Source: an uncultured delta proteobacterium
Lineage (GTDB): Bacteria > Desulfobacterota > Syntrophobacteria > Syntrophobacterales > Syntrophobacteraceae
Length of the DNA stretch: 64,000 nt
NCBI GenBank assembly: GCA_963828705.1
Contig: CAWHGA010000032.1
Coordinates: forward strand, 7,058 to 71,057
Direction: 5' to 3'
The notes beneath the pieces are model-generated. The model was not told the DNA's origin and ran no database searches. It saw nothing but the letters and a program-made list of their open reading frames with translations. Position 1 is the first letter of the stretch. Each line of letters starts with the position of its first letter. The position numbers and the translations under genes were made by a program. Of the stretch, positions 38,158 to 46,197 are shown piece after piece.

Positions 38158-38272
38158 TCACCTTACTTATGAAGTGGACTAACCGCAGCACCACGCCAGA
38201 ACGCCGGTAGTTATAAACCGCCTAACCAAAGGCTTTCCGGCATGATCAGAGGATTCTTACTGGAGGATAAAG

Positions 38273-38941
38273 ATGGGCGCCAACCTTTACGCATTGAGAA
38301 AAAAGGCTGTGATGGTACTCAGTTCGGACGGCAACCGGGAAACGGTCCACTTGCTCCAGCTTTCAGTTGAGCACGCCCTCTCACAGGATTCTCAGAGGAT
38401 GGTCGACGTTGCGTTAAGACATGCCAGTAAGGAATGGGAGGACTGCAAAGAGCTCCCCAGGCTTGTCGTTCTGGTGGAAGGCGATGGAGTACCTCGGCCT
38501 GGCTCTCCGATTTTTGGATGGCATTTTTGCAAACGTGGATACTGCTTTGATCATGAACTGCCGGCTCCTTTGGGATATCTGGGCGACAGGGAACTGGGGG
38601 GATATCTCTTTCGTACAATACAAGAGCAAGCGCACTTGAACGATCTTGACACGGCACGGCATATAGATGAAGGCAGGGCCAAGGTTTACAAGGATTTTTG
38701 GAAAGGTAAGCTGTTTGAGTCCGGAGAGGAATTCTTGAGATCCCGAGAGCGACATTTGCGGTCACAAGGCAAGGAGAGAAGGCCTCAAAGAGAGTCCCAG
38801 CCTTTCCTGCCCCCAAGGCTCGCAAAGATTTTTACCCTGATCAGGTTCATAGAGAGAAAAGGCAACAGTGCCTCACCCGCAGATCTGCACTTCTTGGGAT
38901 GTTTAAAAGACAAGGCATCTCAGCTCGGCCATCTTCAGTAG
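38273..38941 (+). CDS. Hypothetical protein (222 aa) directly upstream of lexA
   Basis: A clean ORF with no family recognised. It is co-directional with lexA, separated by a 75-nt gap. Confidence 0.5.
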   Translation: MGANLYALRKKAVMVLSSDGNRETVHLLQLSVEHALSQDSQRMVDVALRHASKEWEDCKELPRLVVLVEGDGVPRPGSPIFGWHFCKRGYCFDHELPAPLGYLGDRELGGYLFRTIQEQAHLNDLDTARHIDEGRAKVYKDFWKGKLFESGEEFLRSRERHLRSQGKERRPQRESQPFLPPRLAKIFTLIRFIERKGNSASPADLHFLGCLKDKASQLGHLQ

Positions 38942-39015
38942 ACGCAAAAGATGTTCTGGTTGGTTTTCCCCATGACGAGAAGTAGGATGTTGCTCTATTG
39001 GAAAAAGGAGGCTGT

Positions 39016-39615
39016 ATGGGGCTCACACCGGCACAGGAAAAGGTTTACCAGTTTGTCCGGAACTTCATTCTCCTGCATGGATATGCACCCTCTTACGAGG
39101 AAATCCGCACTCATCTGGGGTTTCGATCCTTAAACGCCGTCTACAAGCACCTAAGAGCAATAGAAGAGCGCGGATTCCTCAAAATCCCTGGGAGTAATCG
39201 AAAACGTGCTCTCGAGCTTATGCCTTTACACACTGGGGCCGCATCCATTCCATTCCTGGGAATAGTTGCAGCCGGAACTCCCATTGAGGCAGTTGAGATC
39301 CCGGAGTCCGTCGAAGTGCCAGAGAGTTTCCTCGGAAATGGCAATAACTTTGCCCTGCGGGTCCGGGGAGATTCCATGATCGAGGAAGGAATCCGCGAGG
39401 GAGATATCCTGATCATCGCCAAGAAATCCCATGCTGAGAACGGCCAAACCGTTGTGGCTCTGGTTCGAGGCGAGGCAACCGTAAAGAAATTCTATCACCA
39501 GGGTGGGGAGGTTGAACTGAGGCCTGCAAACAGCCAAATGCAACCTATCCGAGCAGCTGGAACCGATGTTGAGATTGTTGGAACAGTAGTCGGCCTGTTG
39601 CGCCACTATCGCTAG
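39016..39615 (+). CDS. lexA: LexA repressor (wHTH and S24 autopeptidase)
   Basis: LTPAQEKVYQFVRNFILLHGYAPSYEEIRTHLGFRSLNAVYKHLRAIEERGFL. The Ser/Lys dyad context is RVRGDSMIEEGI and GEATVKKF. SD AAAGGAGG upstream of ATG 39016. Confidence 0.9.
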   Translation: MGLTPAQEKVYQFVRNFILLHGYAPSYEEIRTHLGFRSLNAVYKHLRAIEERGFLKIPGSNRKRALELMPLHTGAASIPFLGIVAAGTPIEAVEIPESVEVPESFLGNGNNFALRVRGDSMIEEGIREGDILIIAKKSHAENGQTVVALVRGEATVKKFYHQGGEVELRPANSQMQPIRAAGTDVEIVGTVVGLLRHYR

Positions 39616-39853
39616 ACGATCTTTCGGAGTTCTTAAGGACGGAACTGGCTGTTCTGTGCAGACAGAATACCATGCAGGGCGGACCCGCACTGAAACCAGT
39701 GACCACACAGATTCAATCCTTGCGCCTCGCTACGCTCGCCTTTAGTCGCCTCCAGCGTACTCGGTTGTGAACAGCGGTCTCTCATCGGGAAAGCCTTTTT
39801 CATGAATGCTACTTCCCCCACCCTCGACACTGATTTAACACAGGGAAGGCGTC

Positions 39854-40214
39854 TCAGTCACATTGGCACAGGGGGGTGGCCGTCGTCGTGGAATTCATTG
39901 ACCCGCCGCGAGTCGTGAAACAGGGCGAACAACGCGACCACATCGCGGTCGGCCCCGTTGGTCTCAGCCACACGTAATCCGTTCTACCAATCACCCGCGC
40001 CCAGTGGAACAGCTCCGTGGTCGCCCCGAACGGGCAGAGTGTAGCCGCGGAGGATCTCGACCATGATGGCAGCCATGTCATGCAAGCGATTCACCTCCAC
40101 CGCGTAACGCTGGGCATAAGCGGCACCCAACCACGCCGCCGATGCGCCCAAAGAAATGCTGCCAAATTCCCCAGTGTGGTTGGGTGTCTGCTTCCAATTG
40201 CTAGATCCAATCAC
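39854..40214 (-). pseudogene. Decayed fragment of an HD-like phosphohydrolase-family gene (several frame and stop disruptions)
   Basis: Minus-strand pieces ...ELFHWARVI.. and ..NGLRVAETNGADRDVVALFALFHDSRRVNEFHDDGH.. lie in different frames and are interrupted by TAG. Family assignment is from memory only. Confidence 0.3.
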
Positions 40215-40636
40215 GCGCAGCCTTCTGGTGCCTTGATCACTGGCTTGTCATTCGTTGGATCGGCAGAAGGTTCCCCAAAGAAATGCACTGCCTGGTATAC
40301 CCACCACGCCCTCAGTGAACTCATTCCATCTTCCTCACAGATCTTCTGAAGCAACCGATCCGCCACTTCTCGATAGGTTCCTTCGTCAAGAAGACGTTCA
40401 CGCATGAGCTGATAAAGTGCATCGTGGACCAGAGATCCCCGCATGAAGTTTAGGGTGTCAATCGTCGGTCCAGAGGGACCGTCCCATGCGTAGCCCTTCT
40501 TGATGGTCAGAATCCCGTCCGTTGTCAGCGCTAGATAATCTGTGTCAATTGGAATCGGCGGCTTTATACTGATTCGCAGGGTGTAGCTTTCTTTGAGCTG
40601 GTATTTATAGCCAGCCCTATACGCGATGCATTCCAT
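40211..40636 (-). CDS. DUF1353-domain protein (phage-associated family)
   Basis: The GYAWDGPSGPTIDT... and SLVHDALYQL motifs. It lies downstream of the tail-fibre-like gene on the same strand. Confidence 0.7.
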   Translation of the reverse strand: MECIAYRAGYKYQLKESYTLRISIKPPIPIDTDYLALTTDGILTIKKGYAWDGPSGPTIDTLNFMRGSLVHDALYQLMRERLLDEGTYREVADRLLQKICEEDGMSSLRAWWVYQAVHFFGEPSADPTNDKPVIKAPEGCA

Positions 40637-40971
40637 ATGCGTTTCCCTCAAGCGTTTGGCCGGATCGCATCCGACGACTTAGGTTCGTAGGCCCCAAGCA
40701 CGCGGCGAAGTTGTTAAATATACGATGATTATTGAACATGAATCTCAATCGGTATCCCTATCTGTAAGGAAGGTGCTGAAAACAGGGTGGTGATCCGAAA
40801 CCTGTTTCGCCTGGCTTGGGCTCAAACCGAAGGCCTCATTGAACCTGAAGGCCCCCTACCCATTGCAGCATGGCAGCGTTCTGGGAAGTGCCCCGTACAG
40901 ACCGCCATACCGTGGTGGTGTGGGGACTGGGGGAACCCGCCAGCTATCCGTTACAGCCATTCTTGCTCGGC

Positions 40972-42356
40972 TCACTGGGCTATCCGGGCCAACCTCCCAT
41001 CTGCACCGGATTCCCTGAGCCGCTTCACTTCGGTTTTGAGATCTGACAGTTCTTGCATGAGTTCTTGATTGACCTGCTGCTGTGCCTCTGGATGGCTTCC
41101 TGCTGTCCTTGATGGCCTCCTGCTGCTCTTTAACGGTGACCTGCTGTTCTTTGACCACCTTGGTCAAAACGGCCACCACGTCCATGGGACTCATTCCCTT
41201 GCGGTCCTTGGTGGCCACCAGCTCCGGCACATCCTCGGCGATGAACCCCACGTGCCGTTCATCTTCCCCGGCCTTGTATTTGAATGTCACCGGGTTCAGA
41301 CCTGCAAGCGTCTTCACGGCGGCGTCAGCACCCAACTCCGCGATGTCGTCCTTGTACTCCCGGCTGGAGGCATCGGTCCAGGCTCCCCCTGCCGACACAT
41401 AGGCTCCATTGGCCATATGCAGGGGATAACTGGGGGCTACCCCGAACCCTACTTTGCCATCATATTTCAGATGCATTCTGGTGGTCGCGTCGCAGACAGT
41501 GCCGACCGGGCAGTTGCTCCTGGTCATCACGCGGTAGCCCATGGCCCCCGAGCCTGCAATCACCGCCTTGAGATCCGATGATTTCTGCACCCAGCCGCCA
41601 TTCACCTCGTCCCACACCGCCCCCGATGACAAGAAGAAATTGTTCTCCCCATTCGATGTGATCCAGCCACCGGTATCGGTGCCGTCGAGCGAAAAGTGCA
41701 GCTGGGACTTGGAGATCCCGCCCCCCGACACATCCACGCCATAGGAAGGGAGAAGGCCTATCCCCAGGGAGCCGTCGAGTTGCAATTTCCGCGTGTCGAA
41801 TTCCCCGTAGATGAAGGGATCGGTGCAATGCACCACCAGAATAGCAGTTGTCGATGTAGAGTTTGTTGGAGCCGGTTTCGCTGTATCCTGCATCATAGCC
41901 CAGAAAAACATTCCGAGATCCTGTGGTGTTAGAGATCCGGCAGAGCGCCCGATGAAACTATTGGTCCCAGTGGTGTTACAGTATCCGGCAGATGCCCGAT
42001 GAAACTATTGTCGTACCCAGTGGTGTTAGAGTATCCGGCATGATGACCCGATGAAACTATTGTCGTACCCAGTGGTGTTATAGTATCCGGCACATGCCCG
42101 ATGAAACTATTGCAGTACCCAGTGGTGTTAGAGTATCCGGCATATGACCCGATGAAACTATTGTAGCTCCCAGTGGTGTTAGAGTATCCGGCATATACCC
42201 GATGAAGGTATCGTAGTGATCTCCAGCTGGGAGACTGTGTGCAGCGTCCAATCCAAGCCACGTATCGGTGTCGGCCTCGGAATACGCCCATGCTCTCCCC
42301 GTCGATGCGATCAGCATCAGTCCTGCCACTGCCAGCAATAGAATCGTCTTTCTCAT
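40972..42356 (-). pseudogene. Secreted tail-fibre-like protein with GYSNTTG-x3-FIG repeats and a C-terminal S74 intramolecular-chaperone domain; multiply frame-broken
   Basis: Start at 42356 after GGGAGGAA. Signal peptide MRKTILLLAVAGLMLIASTGRAWA. Repeats AGYSNTTGSYNSFIG follow. Pieces NVFLGYDAGYSETGSNKLYIDN, PFIYGEFDTRKLQLDG and the S74-like SSREYKDDIAEL...NPVTFKYK...ERHVGFIAEDVPELV...MDVVAVLTKVVKEQQ, plus the coiled-coil end ...LKTEVKRLRES...IAQ*, lie in at least 5 alternating frames (ORFs 42078..42440, 41929..42291, 41460..41828, 40856..41911). Confidence 0.7.
41925..42215. repeat. Tandem repeat array, six units of 47-52 nt (coding repeat of the tail-fibre-like gene)
   Basis: The landmark CCCGATGAA recurs at 41948, 41995, 42047, 42097, 42148 and 42198, giving spacings of 47, 52, 50, 51 and 50 nt. 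Confidence 0.85.
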
Positions 42357-42484
42357 GGTGTTCCTCCCTTTCATCGTTGATAGACCAGTGGATGCCGAAC
42401 CCAAATCAATTGACCTCATCTTGATGGCACTGAAAAGCACCTGACTCAGAGGGTGTCTAAAAACGCTGAATAAGTGCCCTTGTC

Positions 42485-42583
42485 GTCATTGCCGCGAACC
42501 GCCATGGCCTTAAGAGGGCCACAACGAACCAGGAAAGTCGTCATTCCCGCGCAGAGCCTGCCCCAGCGAAGGGAGGGGGTGAC
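42485..42583. repeat. REP-like cluster (first sub-family)
   Basis: GTCATTGCCGCGAACCGCCATGGCC...GTCATTCCCGCGCAG...GGGAGGGGGTGAC. Compare 15849-16059. Confidence 0.7.
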
Positions 42584-43215
42584 GATAAGAGGGGCTTTTG
42601 GGGCACCCTCCTAGAGTTTTTGCCGCGTGAAGCCGACGCGAGAAGCCGAGTTGAACTGAACCGCTGAGCGGTGGGAAGACACTGGGATTGGGGATATGGA
42701 GAATCAGCAGCCGACTCGCGCTTACTCGGCCACATTGTGCATGGTTATCGCCATCGGCGCAAGGATGGAGTGGGGCTGGGGGTGAGAGCTGGGGTCTGCT
42801 GACCGGTGGCTGCCTCCAAACCCGGTCATATTGAGCAAAAGTGCCTCTCGTAGAACCGTAAAACTGAACATGACTTGGGAGGGTAAGGGGTTGGTATGGT
42901 ATTGGGGACAGCGTGTTGTGTTGCGGTTCTCCCAGAGGGGGATTCAGTCGGGCCGGCTCGGAACCAAGCCTATGATTCGGATATGTTGCCCCCTCAGTCC
43001 GCGAAGTGGAAAACGCCATATGGGAGAGATCATCTGATTTTATTTAGAAAGAAAGATATAGTGTGGTTCGGTTTCCGGCTGGACTCTGCAATCTATAGAT
43101 CGGTAGGGGGCCTCTTTTCGAACTCGCCCTACCGGTAAGCTTTCATGCTGTATTGTAGATACACTCCTTGAGCGGGTATTGATTTTTTCCGTCCATCAAA
43201 AGTCAGCAACAGACT

Positions 43216-43243
43216 TGAAACAAAACTGATTATTGTTCGTCTA
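43216..43243 (+). promoter_or_regulatory. ECF-type promoter motif upstream of the ECF sigma gene (possible autoregulation)
   Basis: TGAAAC (43216-43221), 16 nt, CGTCTA (43238-43243). Caveat: the -10 lies only about 15 nt from the ATG, so the SD (43246-43253) would sit at the very 5' end of the transcript. Confidence 0.35.
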
Positions 43244-43257
43244 ATGGGAGGAGTCCG

Positions 43258-43827
43258 ATGGAAAATCCGGTGAACGGGGTCCAGGAAGAGCCCGGGCTTG
43301 CCCTGCCCCGCTCCGACGATCACGAAGCCTTCACCCTGTTCTACCGGCAGACAGCCGCCGGCATTTATGCCTACCTGTACCGTCTCTGTGGTTGCCCGCA
43401 CTTGGCCGAAGACCTTTTGCAGGAAACCTTTCTGGCGGTCTTCAGGGGTTTGGCTGATTTCAAGGCCCGGTCGTCGCCGCGGACATGGTTGTACGCAATT
43501 GCCACCAATAAGTTCCGCGACCATTGCCGAAACAGATGGGGGAAGGTCGAATTGGATTCAGAATCGCTCGAAGCGCTGCCTTCTTCCGGGCCCGTGCCCC
43601 TGGAAGAGGTAATACAAAGGGAAGAATCCCGGCGGATACACGAGGCAATTCTGGCCCTTCCTCCGGAGCTGAGGACCGCCTTGCTGCTGGTTCGCTTCGA
43701 GGAGCTGAAATACCTGGAGGCGGCGCAGATTCTCGGGACCACACTGTCAACGGTCCGCATGCGGGTCCATCGTGCCCATTGCATATTGGCGCAAACGCTG
43801 GGGGAGACAAGCCATGGACAGAGATGA
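43258..43827 (+). CDS. ECF (group 4) sigma-70 family RNA polymerase sigma factor
   Basis: Region 2 contains AEDLLQETFLAVFRGLADF and RTWLYAIATNKFRDHCR. Region 4 contains LPPELRTALLLVRFEELKYLEAAQILGTTLSTVRMRVHRA. Confidence 0.9.
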   Translation: MENPVNGVQEEPGLALPRSDDHEAFTLFYRQTAAGIYAYLYRLCGCPHLAEDLLQETFLAVFRGLADFKARSSPRTWLYAIATNKFRDHCRNRWGKVELDSESLEALPSSGPVPLEEVIQREESRRIHEAILALPPELRTALLLVRFEELKYLEAAQILGTTLSTVRMRVHRAHCILAQTLGETSHGQR

Positions 43828-44122
43828 GATCTTGCACCTGGTGACCGATGCACTCTGCGGCGAACTGGACGGGGAAGGAGAGGCACAAATGCAGGCCGCC
43901 CTGGCGGCCGACCCGGCCCTTGCCGCAGAAGCCAGGCGACTGGAGAGGATCTGGCAACGGCTCGGGAAGGTCTTGGACGAAGAACAACAGGAGCAGGCCG
44001 TTCTTACCCGCGTTTTCGATCGGATCGTCGAGCAGCACCACGCTGAACTCTCGGATGAAGAACTTGAGCAGGCCGCCGGCGGTATCTCCTCGATGCCGGA
44101 TGGCGAGCAGATAAAAAGATGA
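43814..44122 (+). CDS. Small soluble protein in the anti-sigma position, ending in a double-glycine (NHLP/Nif11-type) leader motif followed by a 12-aa tail
   Basis: The gene overlaps the sigma gene by 14 nt. The protein is MDRDEILHLVTDALCGELDGEGEAQMQAALAADPALAAEARRLERIW...AELSDEELEQAAGG|ISSMPDGEQIKR. Its C-terminal motif nearly matches the precursor's ELSEEQLSQAAGG. No hydrophobic segment is present. Confidence 0.6.
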   Translation: MDRDEILHLVTDALCGELDGEGEAQMQAALAADPALAAEARRLERIWQRLGKVLDEEQQEQAVLTRVFDRIVEQHHAELSDEELEQAAGGISSMPDGEQIKR

Positions 44123-45294
44123 ATCCCTCTGCGCCACTGCGGGAGAACCTTGAACGGCGCGAGCGCTTTCGGCGCAAGGTGCTTGTTTCCCTGGGCGCCA
44201 CAGGCAGCGAAATCGACAAACTGCTCGGGTATGGTTGCAGCCGTTTCGTCGGCAGGGAAGCTCCTTCCCTCCCCCTCGCCGATGAGCCCTTTGTCCGCGC
44301 GTGGCATGACTACGCGGAAGAGGCGGCCGGGCGCGGCGTTTTTCCGGTCCTGCGGGAAAAGCTGGTTCAGCTTCGCTTCCCGATCCGTGAAGGGATCAGT
44401 CGCGAGGATGGGTACCGGGCCGCAACCCTCAGGGGAAATCTCCCCGATCCCGAACAGACTGCCCTGGAACTCGCCGATCCCGAGGGGCTGAAGCTGTTCC
44501 TCCACGAAACCCCGGCCGGGACGATTCCGGTGCTTACGGTCCGGGACAGGAGTGATTTTACCGCCCTTTTATGTGCTCTGTCCATGCGCAACGAGCCGGT
44601 GCCGGTGCCGGAATCGAGGGGGGCGGCCATGATCTCCGGTCTGAACAACTGGGACCGGATCGCACGCCATCGTAGGGCCTGGGAGGCCGCCCACCCCTCC
44701 GAAGCAGCCGCGGACCAATGGCCGGCGGAATTCTCCCTTCTCATTGCGCACAGGGAACTCTACCAGGACCGGCTCATCATCCTGAACGAGGGCGGATACA
44801 GCGGCGTGCCGGCGGAAATGGTCGGCATGACGGATAAAGTCTGGCGCAGGGCGTCGCTCGTTATCCGCCTGGAGCATGAATGCGTCCACTATTTCACGAA
44901 GCGGGTGTTCGGCTCCATGAAAGATGCCATCCACGATGAATTCATTGCCGACTATGCAGGCATCGCCGCGGCCGCCGGCTCCTTTCGAGCCGACTGGTTC
45001 CTGCTTTTCATGGGCCTGGAAGACTTCCCGAACTACCGCCAGGGTGGCAGGCTGCAGAACTACCTGGGCAATCCGCAGCCCGACGCCGGGGTGTTCACCA
45101 TACTAAAGCGGCAGGTCAAGGAGGCTGCGGAGAATCTCGAACGCTTTGAGACAAGAATGCGGGCGGCCGAAGGCGCCGCCCGCCCCCGGCGCACCGAAAT
45201 GCTTTTGGCCCTGGCTGCCTTGCACATGGAAGAGTTGGCCTCGGCCGACGCGGGGAGGTTTATTGAAGAAGAGCTAATGGCTGTCGGCCACTGA
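44119..45294 (+). CDS. Hypothetical 391-aa protein with an HExxH motif (putative metallopeptidase)
   Basis: IRLEHECVHYF (HExxH) followed by HDEFIADYAG. The start is ATGA-coupled to the preceding ORF. No family recognised. Confidence 0.5.
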   Translation: MNPSAPLRENLERRERFRRKVLVSLGATGSEIDKLLGYGCSRFVGREAPSLPLADEPFVRAWHDYAEEAAGRGVFPVLREKLVQLRFPIREGISREDGYRAATLRGNLPDPEQTALELADPEGLKLFLHETPAGTIPVLTVRDRSDFTALLCALSMRNEPVPVPESRGAAMISGLNNWDRIARHRRAWEAAHPSEAAADQWPAEFSLLIAHRELYQDRLIILNEGGYSGVPAEMVGMTDKVWRRASLVIRLEHECVHYFTKRVFGSMKDAIHDEFIADYAGIAAAAGSFRADWFLLFMGLEDFPNYRQGGRLQNYLGNPQPDAGVFTILKRQVKEAAENLERFETRMRAAEGAARPRRTEMLLALAALHMEELASADAGRFIEEELMAVGH

Positions 45295-45415
45295 AGGGCA
45301 ATGAACCTTGAAACAAACCGGCTTTTTGTTCGTCCAAGAGTAAAGAGGCGGCGGTATCCCGGTACGTGCACGGGCGGGTGAGCAGACGTTTCAGTGACCC
45401 GAGAGAAGCATGACG

Positions 45416-45439
45416 GGAACACTAGGGCCGGCTGCCGTT
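45416..45439 (+). promoter_or_regulatory. ECF-type promoter motif upstream of the RiPP precursor
   Basis: GGAAC (45416-45420), 15 nt, CGTT (45436-45439), i.e. GGAAC-N16-GTT. It lies about 150 nt upstream of the precursor ATG. Confidence 0.45.
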
Positions 45440-45590
45440 CTCACACCCCGAGCGCGATTCGCTCCTTTGGCGGATGGGGGATACGTTATGAGTAGGCCGT
45501 ACTCGGGCGCCCGCGGTTGGGTGGCTCGCGACTGTAGGCGAAACGGCGTTGTTGGGAAGAACCTTACATTTTCACAAAAGGAGAAACAGC

Positions 45591-45959
45591 ATGAACGAGG
45601 AAGAGAAAGCGAAAGAACACGCGGAAGAGCAGGCCAAGAAGATGGAGCAGCTTATCGCCAAGACATGGGCGGACGAAGGGTTCAAGCAGAGGCTCATGTC
45701 TAACCCGGCGGCAGTGCTCAAGGAGGCCGGTGTGGAGGTACCCGAAAACGTCGAAGTGCGAGCGGTGGAGGACACCGACAAGGTATTTCACCTGGTACTG
45801 CCGCCGAAGCCCTCGGACGATGAACTTTCGGAGGAGCAGCTAAGCCAGGCGGCAGGCGGGCATCATCATGGGTGTGGTTGTGGGCATGGTTGTGGGTGTG
45901 GGGGTGGGTGTGGGTGTGTCGTCTTTTTTCCCGCGTGTCGTCGGCGTTGCTGTTGCTGA
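45591..45959 (+). CDS. NHLP (nitrile-hydratase-like leader peptide) family RiPP precursor; core HHHGCGCGHGCGCGGGCGCVVFFPACRRRCCC
   Basis: Leader ...LIAKTWADEGFKQRLMSNPAAVLKEAGVEVPENVEVRAVEDTDKVFHLVLPPKP...ELSEEQLSQAAGG is followed by a 32-aa core with 10 Cys and 4 His. SD AAAGGAG precedes ATG 45591. Confidence 0.85.
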   Translation: MNEEEKAKEHAEEQAKKMEQLIAKTWADEGFKQRLMSNPAAVLKEAGVEVPENVEVRAVEDTDKVFHLVLPPKPSDDELSEEQLSQAAGGHHHGCGCGHGCGCGGGCGCVVFFPACRRRCCC

Positions 45960-46197
45960 TGGCGCAGAGAGGCGAGCACTCACGATGGGGCTATCCCTTG
46001 CGCGATTTGCGATCCGGAAGTGTTGACATCTGACGCTGGCCGGGGGCCTCGGGGTAGCCTCGGCTCAGCGGAAGGGGGAGTGCGACGATCTGCAATTGTC
46101 TCAGGACAAAAACCAGATAACGCCAGGCACCTCCATTATGGGACTCCTGCCCATCGACTCCGGCCAAAGCCAGCAGGCCGGGGAGTCATGTACTACC

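Noticed and set aside
38942-39015. I searched by eye for a LexA operator upstream of lexA (GGTT-N..-ACC, CTGT-N8-ACAG, TTAC-N3-GTAA types).
   Set aside because: No convincing palindrome was found. GGTTGGTTTTCCCC... does not fit the Geobacter-type consensus.
41925-42215. Regularly spaced repeats that might suggest a CRISPR array. The GGTGTG-rich tract at 45870-45920 raised the same question.
   Set aside because: The units are contiguous, with no unique spacers, and encode a protein repeat (AGYSNTTG..FIG). The 45.9-kb tract is Gly/Cys codons of the precursor core. No cas genes are present.
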